20,000 nt of DNA from an uncultured virus (IMG/VR IMGVR_UViG_3300035662_000013) (IMGVR_UViG_3300035662_000013); one strand, 5' to 3'; numbered from the stretch's first letter, positions 9,934-17,642 are shown. Notes: generated by a model not told the origin, from the sequence alone. Translations and numbers: made by a program.

Positions 9934-10183
9934 TTTTACTAATTTTAAATAATCTTTTTTCTAATTCTACAGTCTTTCTGTATTTCTCAAGCTTCTTTCC
10001 AATCTGAGTCCTTTTTATTCTAAACTTCCCAAAGAAATGAATCATTACTATATCTTCATTAACTGGGTCCATTATTCGTCTTCTTAAGAACATGAATGGG
10101 AATTGACATATTATAGAAATAATCTTCTTATCTACTTTGTACTTTTCAGACAGTTCTGTAAATATATCTTTTTTCTTTACCAT
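9911..10183 (-). CDS. IHF/HU-like DNA-binding protein
   Basis: KKDIFTELSEK helix followed by VMIHFFGKF, resembling the HU V.L.GFG.F strand. Basic, 90 aa. Confidence 0.65.
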   Translation of the reverse strand: MVKKKDIFTELSEKYKVDKKIISIICQFPFMFLRRRIMDPVNEDIVMIHFFGKFRIKRTQIGKKLEKYRKTVELEKRLFKISKSEQRHNV

Positions 10184-10341
10184 ATAAAGAATGACCTGTA
10201 TGTAGGATATACGTAAGTGTATCTATCTATATATACTACTGTTGGTCTTTTTCTTTTTACATATAAAGATACTTTTGGATTATAACTTCCCGTTTTTTCA
10301 AATGACGTTTTTGTCAATGAATTAAATAATTTGTTTAGCAT
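10177..10341 (-). CDS. Small hypothetical protein (54 aa)
   Basis: Not in the ORF track. MLNKLFNSLTKTSFEKTGSYNPKVSLYVKRKRPTVVYIDRYTYVYPTYRSFFIW* overlaps both neighbours, and its end (ATATGGTAA) contains the next gene's ATG. Confidence 0.55.
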   Translation of the reverse strand: MLNKLFNSLTKTSFEKTGSYNPKVSLYVKRKRPTVVYIDRYTYVYPTYRSFFIW

Positions 10342-10708
10342 TTTCTTGTATTTTTATTATTATGGACGTTTGAATAACTCTTCCTCCTATTATGTCTGGT
10401 ATTAATGATTCGAGTATTGATATCTTGCCATTCTTGGCTCGTATTAATAGTCCTTTTTCTATGAATGTTTTTACGTACTTACTAATATTATCTTTTCCAA
10501 TATTCAACGTTGACATCAGAATCTTTCTATTATCAGTCCTATCGACTGGTAGTTTTAAATTCTTTTCTTTTATATCAAGCATTCTAAGGGAGACGAGAGC
10601 CGAGAATACCTCAAGCTCTCTATTAGTTAATCCCATTAATCCATTTAGACCACGTAGAAATTCATAACAAACATCAGATTCTCGAACAGTCTTTATGAAT
10701 TTATTCAT
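10322..10708 (-). CDS. Winged-helix DNA-binding protein (RepL/MarR-like)
   Basis: LTNRELEVF and LNIGKDNISKYVKTFIEKGLLIR give an HTH plus wing pattern. Confidence 0.7.
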   Translation of the reverse strand: MNKFIKTVRESDVCYEFLRGLNGLMGLTNRELEVFSALVSLRMLDIKEKNLKLPVDRTDNRKILMSTLNIGKDNISKYVKTFIEKGLLIRAKNGKISILESLIPDIIGGRVIQTSIIIKIQENAKQII

Positions 10709-11181
10709 TATTTAAGCCCTTTTAATACTGTTAAGATATTTTTATAAACAGTTAAGTCCACGTCTATTTCATTAAAGAATGTAGCGTATTTCAAGTTATC
10801 ATAATGATTAACATACAAGTCTTCAAACTTCTTAATCTGCTTATCAATAGATTCTACCAATGAGGCATAAGATTCATCTGCAAGCTGCATTTTATCCTCT
10901 AGCTCTACAATTACCTTAGATAATTCATCGCGCTCTTGAACTAATGCATTAATGCGTTCTTTATTAGTAAGCGGTTTTTCTGCAAACCATTCTATTGCTA
11001 CAAAGTGATCTTTATCCAAAAGAGATTCTGATAATTCTACTATCTGTTTGTGAGAATGGTCTTTACCTGCATATTCTGATTTATACACAAAGTTGTCGTT
11101 TGAATTTTCTCTAGACAATACTGCGTCTACGTGTAAACCATATACTGGCTTAGTCACTGCTACTGATTTTATATTTTTCAT
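10708..11181 (-). CDS. Hypothetical coiled-coil protein
   Basis: Likely start is MKNIKSV (ATG at 11181), because the longer ORF start at 11244 lies inside a promoter-like motif. C-terminal heptad pattern. Confidence 0.65.
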   Translation of the reverse strand: MKNIKSVAVTKPVYGLHVDAVLSRENSNDNFVYKSEYAGKDHSHKQIVELSESLLDKDHFVAIEWFAEKPLTNKERINALVQERDELSKVIVELEDKMQLADESYASLVESIDKQIKKFEDLYVNHYDNLKYATFFNEIDVDLTVYKNILTVLKGLK

Positions 11182-11211
11182 ATTTTTATGATTTGTTGTT
11201 TGGTTACATAT

Positions 11212-11243
11212 ATATAAACGTATAACATAGTCAAATTGTTGCA
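11212..11243 (-). promoter_or_regulatory. Putative late promoter, ECF-sigma-like
   Basis: Minus strand TGCAAC-N17-CGTTTATAT. Confidence 0.6.
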
Positions 11244-11298
11244 TGTTTTATATATCTTTTTTAAAATTAGACAAAAAAATAGGAGCTATTACTAACCC

Positions 11299-11751
11299 CT
11301 ATAGTATCATTGTTGCTCTACTCCCATACATGCCATCTCTAGCGTTCTTGGCTATTTCGTCTGCAACTGCATTCTCTTCTCTAGGAATCCATGTAACATT
11401 GACATCCATCATTGATATTAGCTCATATAATCTAATCCATAGATCGCTATTCTTTATCTTATCAAAATGCGTTAACATCCATCTATCTAGCCATTTGAGG
11501 TTAATCGGATTCTCTATATATTTAGAGTCAGTGTATATGTTGATTTGAGTTCCAGGTTTTAAGTCGGGGCTATTTAAAGCCATTTCTAATCCATTGATGA
11601 ACCCAATTAACTCCATTCTGTTGTTTGTAGTATCAGAATCATGACCGCAAGTTATTACTTTATCACAACCTGAACTTAGAACAGCGGCCCAGCCACCAGG
11701 CCCTGGGTTCCCAGAGCAGGCGCCGTCTGTGTATATTTCTATACTTTTCAT
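11299..11751 (-). CDS. rnhA: Ribonuclease HI
   Basis: IYTDGACSGNPGPGGW, TTNNRMEL, IYTDSKY, NSDLW and NAVAD supply all four DEDD catalytic residues. Confidence 0.95.
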   Translation of the reverse strand: MKSIEIYTDGACSGNPGPGGWAAVLSSGCDKVITCGHDSDTTNNRMELIGFINGLEMALNSPDLKPGTQINIYTDSKYIENPINLKWLDRWMLTHFDKIKNSDLWIRLYELISMMDVNVTWIPREENAVADEIAKNARDGMYGSRATMIL

Positions 11752-12170
11752 TAAGCTTTGACTTTAAATAAGACATCAAATGGCTTAACCAACATGCTAT
11801 CCTTAAAAAGGTCAAATTCAACAGAATTAAACTTGCCATTGAATACTATTGTATCTCCAACATTAATTTCTTTACAATAAGCAGAATCAATAGGCAATGC
11901 CAATACTATACCTTTTCTAAATATAGATGGTACCTGCTGAATCTCTTTTCTCATCTCCATGATAGGCTCTCCATCTTCGTCTAATTCTTCAGACTTAAAT
12001 GGTACATTAACCTCTCTATCTATCATGATTGGCTCAAGTGGTTTAACTAGGATATCTTTGATTGGTTCGTATACTAATTTTTCTACAACCATTTCTAATA
12101 ATTTTTCATTACTCACGTTATCAAGAGTTTCCATTACTTGCTCTTGAGTAGTATAAATTTGTTCTTCCAT
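11751..12170 (-). CDS. GroES/Cpn10-like co-chaperonin
   Basis: PIKDILVKP...KGIVLAL...INVGDTIVF...LVKPFDVLFKV follows the GroES pattern PL.DRVLV...G.V.AVG...V.VGD.V.F...DIL..V. Confidence 0.7.
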   Translation of the reverse strand: MEEQIYTTQEQVMETLDNVSNEKLLEMVVEKLVYEPIKDILVKPLEPIMIDREVNVPFKSEELDEDGEPIMEMRKEIQQVPSIFRKGIVLALPIDSAYCKEINVGDTIVFNGKFNSVEFDLFKDSMLVKPFDVLFKVKA

Positions 12171-12196
12171 TTCTTTTTAATTAATTAACTATACTT

Positions 12197-12228
12197 ATAT
12201 AAACGAAAAAAGCGACACTATTGTTGCC
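12197..12228 (-). promoter_or_regulatory. Putative late promoter, ECF-sigma-like
   Basis: Minus strand GGCAAC-N17-CGTTTATAT upstream of the GroES-like gene. Confidence 0.6.
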
Positions 12229-12322
12229 GCTTATCCTTATTATTTTTATCTTTTTGTATATCTGCGCACGTGTCATATATTGAGTGCCAGCACTTACAAT
12301 CATTGCAGTATCCGTATTCCAT
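12218..12322 (-). CDS. Small Cys-rich peptide (34 aa), possible zinc binder
   Basis: MEYGYCNDCKCWHSIYDTCADIQKDKNNKDKRQQ* with a CxxC...H...C pattern. Confidence 0.4.
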   Translation of the reverse strand: MEYGYCNDCKCWHSIYDTCADIQKDKNNKDKRQQ

Positions 12323-12340
12323 AGCGTGTCGTATAATAGT

Positions 12341-12425
12341 ATTTTAAGCCTCTCTAAGGCATTATCTCTGTAAAGTAATACATTTGTATCATTTAAAAAT
12401 TAAGTGCTTTAAAAGAGCTTAGAAT
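12341..12425. repeat. 85-bp imperfect inverted-repeat element, copy 1
   Basis: Left arm ATTTTAAGCCTCTCTAAGGCA and right arm TGCTTTAAAAGAGCTTAGAAT are near reverse complements. Related copy at 17643-17727. Confidence 0.6.
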
Positions 12426-12429
12426 GGGT

Positions 12430-13995
12430 TTAATGGACTTTAATTATTTTTCCATCTGGACTAATTTCTATTCTTGCTTTGACATTCATTGGTTTTGCAA
12501 CACCATATGCTTGGTATGGATCTATATCACCTATTTTTTTTAATACTTTTCTAACTATTTTTTTTACCATTTTTGGCGCATTTGTTTGTTCAAAGTTTCT
12601 TGTTGCAGATTCCATTGGCGTCCTGAGCGGGTTTATATCCCAAACGTCATTTGCCTGAAATTCAAAATTGCCTGTATCTAATTTCTTGACGTCCATATTA
12701 TAAAATCCCATTGTCTTATGGAACATATCTTTGTTGCCTCCAACATTATATTCGTTGTCAGAAATTTTAACTACATTAGATCTATCCCTTTTCGATGCTG
12801 CTGAAGTCTCTCCGGTCATGGATCTTATCTTAGAAGAAACTCTTTCTGCTTTATCTAAAAATGCATTAGCATCGACTGATTTAGGATTAAATGTATATAC
12901 TAGGTCCTTATTTGTAGACAAATCACTAACTCTATATGCACTATTTTTATGTTCAACGCCCATAAATGTATCATATGCCGATACTCTATTTGGGTTTTCC
13001 GACATAGACTTTTCTCTGATTTTTATAGCCGCCTCTCTAGATGTTTTTGAATTAAATATAGGGTTTTCTATATTGTATGATTTTCTGTAGTTGTCTATTA
13101 ATCTAGCCTGGTCCTCTTTTGAAATCGCAGTAGAGCTAAATCTAGTAGCCTCCTCTAATCTGTTTTTTATATATTGCTCCTCAGTGATATAGTTCTTATT
13201 TTTAGAATTGAATGAATATCTAAGAATATCCTTGCCTCTTTCTACTACATCCTGATATCCAAATGGATCTATAGCCTTGTGTATTGAATTTTTGAATAGC
13301 CTGTTTCCTGTTTTTTGAATTTCCAGGACTCCATTTTTTTCAATTTCATTATTCATTAAGTCTAATTCATATTGGTGTAGTGGTCTTCCTGAATTATTTT
13401 TATTTATCACATCCTTTGATGACTTAGGCGCCTCTAATTTTGATTTGATCACATCATCCAATACTCTTGTTTGCGCCTTACTCTGTATAGCTTCGCCTGC
13501 CATTTTACCTGCTATTTTTGTACCAGCAGCATTCATTATTTTACCAAGCATCTCTGCTTCTAGTACGCTGGTAACACCATCTGCAACCATTCCTGCTTTT
13601 TGGATTGGGGTTCCAAGCCTACCAGTCTCTATATCTTCTTTACTAGTAGGAGTTATTAATCCTGCTGTATATTTAGATACTGCATTTGCAGTCTTTGGTG
13701 ATATATCATTAATAGCATTACCAATCAAACTTCCGCCCAGAGTCTTCATTGCACTAGCAGTGTATGTTCCAATATCGCTAACCTTATCTCCGATAGTTGG
13801 ATATTTTAATCTATACGCTTTATCTATCTGTTCTTTCGTATTTTTCCATACCAATGATTCTGGGGCAACTGTAGCCTCCACTACTTTTTTAGCTGGAGTT
13901 CTTGTATTATCCCTGGGAGTATTTCCTATAGATGTGCTATTTATTAACTTGCTATTCCAGTATCCTGTTCTACTATTGTTTTCTTTTGGCTCCAT
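12430..13995 (-). CDS. Hypothetical protein (521 aa), possible virion/ejected protein
   Basis: Long ORF in the late block. Gly/Ala/Thr-rich amphipathic segment at ~aa 70-170 and a separate globular-looking C-terminal region. Confidence 0.7.
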   Translation of the reverse strand: MEPKENNSRTGYWNSKLINSTSIGNTPRDNTRTPAKKVVEATVAPESLVWKNTKEQIDKAYRLKYPTIGDKVSDIGTYTASAMKTLGGSLIGNAINDISPKTANAVSKYTAGLITPTSKEDIETGRLGTPIQKAGMVADGVTSVLEAEMLGKIMNAAGTKIAGKMAGEAIQSKAQTRVLDDVIKSKLEAPKSSKDVINKNNSGRPLHQYELDLMNNEIEKNGVLEIQKTGNRLFKNSIHKAIDPFGYQDVVERGKDILRYSFNSKNKNYITEEQYIKNRLEEATRFSSTAISKEDQARLIDNYRKSYNIENPIFNSKTSREAAIKIREKSMSENPNRVSAYDTFMGVEHKNSAYRVSDLSTNKDLVYTFNPKSVDANAFLDKAERVSSKIRSMTGETSAASKRDRSNVVKISDNEYNVGGNKDMFHKTMGFYNMDVKKLDTGNFEFQANDVWDINPLRTPMESATRNFEQTNAPKMVKKIVRKVLKKIGDIDPYQAYGVAKPMNVKARIEISPDGKIIKVH

Positions 13996-13997
13996 GA

Positions 13998-14525
13998 TTA
14001 TAAGTATAATAGATATGGGTTATAAGGAGCTTTGCCTCCTGCTCCAATAGTATTAGACAATACATCCACTACAGGCTTAGGCTTTCTTTTACTGCTAACA
14101 TAGTCTTGATTAAAATAACGATACTCAGGTGTTCTCTTTATTAAATCCACGTATTTATCATTTACATCATTAAACATATAGTAGTCTTTACCGGCAACCT
14201 TGCCTTCTGGTCTATATTGTAATGCATTAAGCAATTCATCTGTAGACTTGCTATCGAAGTCTTCTAACTTAAATCCTTTAGATGATAGTATCTTAGATAC
14301 AGTATCTTTATATTCAGACAGCTCCTCTTTGCTGTTTTTGTATTCTAATCTCTTCTCATTACTACTCAAGCCTAGAGAGCCAACCCTCGGTTGTCTACCA
14401 CCTTCACCGGCCCACTTAGCCGCCATTAAATGAGTGAGGGCTGGAGAAAAGCCTAAATTATTCGCCTCTTCTATCAGCCCATCCACATAACCCCAATTCT
14501 TTGTATATTCCTTCTTTGGATACAT
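13998..14525 (-). CDS. Divergent GH73/FlgJ-like lysozyme-fold protein
   Basis: LMAAKWAGEGG resembles AAQAALESGWG, YKNSKEELSEY resembles Y.S..ES..DY, and LLNALQ...Y...KYVDLI resembles AL...GYATDP.Y...L. Confidence 0.45.
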   Translation of the reverse strand: MYPKKEYTKNWGYVDGLIEEANNLGFSPALTHLMAAKWAGEGGRQPRVGSLGLSSNEKRLEYKNSKEELSEYKDTVSKILSSKGFKLEDFDSKSTDELLNALQYRPEGKVAGKDYYMFNDVNDKYVDLIKRTPEYRYFNQDYVSSKRKPKPVVDVLSNTIGAGGKAPYNPYLLYL

Positions 14526-14526
14526 A

Positions 14527-14835
14527 TTATATCTTTATATATAAATTACTAAGCCAGATTGATACTAGCCCAGTGTTCTTTCCTTTTATCCATAAATCCA
14601 TCTTTGTTACAAGTCCATCTGATGATTCAAATCTAACAAAGTATTCTCCTAGCTCAGTAGCTCTTCTGCTGCCTCTTCTTATAGACTCACTATAGATATC
14701 CTTCATATCTATGAATGCTTTTCCATGTTTAACCTCTTTAATTCCACAAGATATAGGCAAACCTACCCTATTGAATATAGTTATCCCTGCCTTCTTAATA
14801 TAATCTATATTAACCTCTTTAATACATCTTAACAT
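14527..14835 (-). CDS. Hypothetical protein
   Basis: First ORF of the minus-strand block. ATG at 14835 (MLRCIKE) preferred over the TTG at 14862. Confidence 0.55.
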   Translation of the reverse strand: MLRCIKEVNIDYIKKAGITIFNRVGLPISCGIKEVKHGKAFIDMKDIYSESIRRGSRRATELGEYFVRFESSDGLVTKMDLWIKGKNTGLVSIWLSNLYIKI

Positions 14836-15184
14836 ATATAATTTATATATCTTTCTTCTCAATTAAACATAATTCACCCCTTGTCGCCGGACCATATTTC
14901 GGCATGGTTTATAGAGTTGTTCATTATTATGTCTGTACGTCGGCTATGCCTTTGCATTGCTTACACCCATCAGCTTATCTCAATCTCCCCTTATTATTCA
15001 CACATTCTATATCAAATATATAGCAGTGAACCGCTGCACATAACTCTTACTTAAAACCTTTTGACTCTGCCGGAGAAAACATATTATCTAGTATGTAAAT
15101 GCGATAATACCAATCCGACGTCTAACCATTTAAACTTTCGCCCTTATGGTGGTCAGCCCCAGGTGGGTGCCGAAGTCATTATAC

Positions 15185-15214
15185 TATAACGTATATAATT
15201 TTATTTTGTTTACA
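15185..15214 (-). promoter_or_regulatory. Putative late promoter at the head of the minus-strand block, ECF-sigma-like
   Basis: Minus strand TGTAAAC-N16-CGTTATAG. Confidence 0.6.
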
Positions 15215-15445
15215 TGATGTTGAGAAAAAATAGCAAAAAAATGCATTATTTTTAAAAAAATATTAAAAAAAGTGATGAAATAGTAAAATTTTTGGGAAAA
15301 ATATTTTTCGAACAGTATGCCCAGGCTTGTGCAAAGGTAAAAAAATTTAGTATAATAATTTTTAAACAGCATATCCATGCTTACACAAAGGTGTCTTAAA
15401 TCAATCCCCCTGGCTAAAAACTCGCGCCAAGTACCCCCGGTGGGT
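15215..15445. other. A-tract-rich strand-switch region, candidate genome terminus or origin
   Basis: Long A/T tracts at 15225-15365, a 28-bp imperfect direct repeat (15311-15338 and 15365-15392), then C-runs (TCCCCCTGG, GTACCCCCGG). Lies between divergent gene blocks. Confidence 0.5.
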
Positions 15446-15721
15446 AGATACCTCAAGCATTATCTCTTGGCCGTCGGAAGACTCAACCGATACTGATAAT
15501 GTTGACTGATGTGAATCAGACATACAATCCTCTATTATCTATGTAGTTAGTACATGTTGTTTAGACATAGCCAAGGAATGGGTTAGGAGACCTGTTGCAT
15601 GGAACACTACATAGCTTACCATTGTATTGTATATACACACTAAGTATGAGGCACGAATACGTGGCTCTCCGCAGGGCGGAGCGGGGAGGTGGGTATAGAC
15701 AGTTAATAACTGTTATGATAT

Positions 15722-15762
15722 AAGAATATGTCATTGGCAGTATGCCTATTAAGATAATTGGC
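15722..15762 (+). promoter_or_regulatory. Early-region repeated motif, copy 1 (putative promoter)
   Basis: AAGAATATGTCATTG-N7-GCCT-N6-ATAATTGGC. Confidence 0.6.
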
Positions 15763-16007
15763 CTGCACGTAAGGCGGGGTAGAGACATAACGTATCTTGA
15801 AACTCTACAAATTCATGTTAAACTCAGCTAAAGGTTGGCCTCAACCTGCACATTATAGTGCGAATTAAGTGGCATTGAAAGCTCATATACAGATGAGTGT
15901 GTGTAGGTCACACCTGCCTACCATTGGACGTCCAATGAAAACAGTTATTGTGAAAGCCAGTGAATACTGACGGTGAAAGCCCGTAATCTTTTTCTCTTTA
16001 ATAAGAG

Positions 16008-16048
16008 AAGAATATGTCATTGTTAGGTCGCCTTTCAATATAATTGGC
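16008..16048 (+). promoter_or_regulatory. Early-region repeated motif, copy 2 (putative promoter)
   Basis: AAGAATATGTCATTG-N7-GCCT-N6-ATAATTGGC, just upstream of the ORF at 16077. Confidence 0.65.
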
Positions 16049-16076
16049 AATTCAGCCAAATTAAATCATTATCAAG

Positions 16077-16418
16077 ATGAAACGTTTCAAATTAATCGTG
16101 TATGCCCTTGCTATGGCCATAGCTAGCGCAGTTGTTTTCAGTTCATGCAGTCCAAGCAAAAGCGAAGTTAATCGCATTGAACGTCAGGCCATTAAGAAGT
16201 ATGCAGCTGTTATGGACAGTCTTGCTGCAAAACCTGTTACTGTTTATTGCGGTCTTGTTGAGTGTTATCGTAATGATACACTTGTTAGCAGTGAGGCTGC
16301 ATATAACAGAGATGCTATCGCCCTAAGGGTTGATGTTGATGTTATTCATTCCAATTATGCCAAGTACAGTCCACAAGACAGTCTTAGTGTTACATATTGG
16401 GAGCTTACTGTTAAGTAA
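16077..16418 (+). CDS. Putative lipoprotein
   Basis: Signal peptide MKRFKLIVYALAMAIASAVVFSS followed by Cys (lipobox). Confidence 0.75.
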   Translation: MKRFKLIVYALAMAIASAVVFSSCSPSKSEVNRIERQAIKKYAAVMDSLAAKPVTVYCGLVECYRNDTLVSSEAAYNRDAIALRVDVDVIHSNYAKYSPQDSLSVTYWELTVK

Positions 16419-16422
16419 TTAT

Positions 16423-16439
16423 GGGGCTTCGGCCCCTTT
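16423..16439 (+). terminator. Stem-loop / possible intrinsic terminator
   Basis: GGGGC-TTCG-GCCCC followed by only TTT, immediately after a stop codon. Confidence 0.6.
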
Positions 16440-16480
16440 GCTTGAATTATCTTTATTATTAATTATATACATTTATTACA

Positions 16481-16744
16481 ATGAAAACAAGAATTGTTAA
16501 AGCAGTTGGTATTACAGGTGTAGATTTCAGCCTATCTGTATTTGAAATGATTGAATTGAAGAAAAGAGTCAATGCCATTAAAGCAGGAAGAGAGGCTATT
16601 GACAACGGTATGCTCGAGGGAGGAGTAGTTGCTATTGCACATTGTGCTGCAGACGAGTTGGCTGTATTTGTAGATAAGCTATGCTTTGATATGAGTGATA
16701 TCGTTAAAGATTGCGAAGAACTATTTCAAGAACCAATGGCATAA
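16481..16744 (+). CDS. Hypothetical protein (87 aa)
   Basis: ATG after an AT-rich leader typical of Bacteroidota genes. Confidence 0.75.
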   Translation: MKTRIVKAVGITGVDFSLSVFEMIELKKRVNAIKAGREAIDNGMLEGGVVAIAHCAADELAVFVDKLCFDMSDIVKDCEELFQEPMA

Positions 16745-16841
16745 TGAGCAAGAGTTAGGATATTTAGAGGGTAGGCCTCTTTATATCCTGCTCTATCTGT
16801 CGTCCTCAACACGCCTTTGCCGTAACCGCAGAATTAAAGAA

Positions 16842-16856
16842 AAGAATATGTCTTTG
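16842..16856 (+). promoter_or_regulatory. Early-region repeated motif, copy 3 (core only)
   Basis: AAGAATATGTCTTTG, ~67 nt upstream of the ORF at 16923. Confidence 0.6.
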
Positions 16857-16922
16857 CCACTACTCCTGTCGGGAAAGGTGCGAGTATTATTAATTTTATC
16901 AACATTCTAAATTTAAAGGAGT

Positions 16923-17399
16923 ATGAAGTACGACGTTTTAGCGGTTACCCGCAAAGAAGTAGAAGAGGGCGACAACAAAGGTAAAGCTTATTTTGTAGTT
17001 GAAGCCAAAGACCCTGACCCAATGGTTACACGGTCTATTAATTTCCCTGTTTTCCCTGAATCAGAAGCAGTGATTGAGTGGTGGGAAGAAACTGCGGCTA
17101 AATTTGAAGCAGGCGACAAGAGTCGCTTAAAAGCTATCAATGTAGGTCGCTATTCAGTGGGCGATACGGATATTAATCCGAATTCAGAACCACTTCCTGC
17201 ATTTCAGCTGATGAATAGCAAAACTAAGGAGTATGGTGCAGTGAGCACGTCCATGACGGTTCATGTGTTGCTTGATAGCGACGGCAAGCCTCGTGTTAGC
17301 CCACGCAAAGAAGCCATGCGTATCATTGCCAATATCGGCAGGTTCGTGGATAGTCACGTGAGCCAAGAGCCACAGGCTGATACCGAACCACCTGTTTAA
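16923..17399 (+). CDS. Hypothetical protein (158 aa)
   Basis: Clean ORF with a beta-rich N-terminus and acidic Pro-rich tail, followed by a terminator-like hairpin. Confidence 0.8.
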   Translation: MKYDVLAVTRKEVEEGDNKGKAYFVVEAKDPDPMVTRSINFPVFPESEAVIEWWEETAAKFEAGDKSRLKAINVGRYSVGDTDINPNSEPLPAFQLMNSKTKEYGAVSTSMTVHVLLDSDGKPRVSPRKEAMRIIANIGRFVDSHVSQEPQADTEPPV

Positions 17400-17416
17400 T
17401 TGACGCATAAAGTGAT

Positions 17417-17457
17417 GCAGTAGTCGACCATTCGGTTGGCTATTGCTGACCTTTTTG
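17417..17457 (+). terminator. Probable intrinsic terminator
   Basis: GCAGTAGTCGACC-ATTC-GGTTGGCTATTGC hairpin (with G-U pairs), with a T-run a few nt downstream. Confidence 0.55.
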
Positions 17458-17642
17458 TCTAAATTATGGTGTTTTTGGGACACACAGTTCTTTACCTCGT
17501 AACCGCAAAATTAGTGGTAAAATAGTAGTGTAAAATGAGTGGATATTTGGAGGATTATCTGATTAACCCCCAATTCTACCCTTCTACCATATAACCGCAA
17601 AACAACTCACCCTTAGATACGCATAATATAGCCCTCAAAGCT

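Noticed and set aside
836..14695. Plus-strand ORFs in the track (836, 2154, 2828, 5754, 6234, 6902, 8940, 9160, 10392, 11243, 11959, 12731, 13445, 14200, 14501)
   Set aside because: Antisense shadows of well-supported minus-strand genes, mostly with Ser/Leu/Phe-rich non-protein-like composition.
1..14860. Stop-codon reassignment (TAG or TGA), known in some crAss-like phages
   Set aside because: MCP, portal and TerL are uninterrupted in code 11, and TAG ends genes at sensible places (9911, 11299).
15060..15160. tmRNA or tRNA suggested by minus-strand GGGGCUGA
   Set aside because: No T-arm/acceptor 3' end and no cloverleaf. No tRNA gene was recognised anywhere in the window.
15184..15788. Minus-strand ORFs 15184-15456 and 15561-15788
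   Set aside because: They run through A-tracts and regulatory repeats, have low complexity and show no protein signature.
15311..16048. CRISPR mini-array from the paired repeats
   Set aside because: Only two degenerate copies of each repeat, with spacing and sequence unlike CRISPR repeats.
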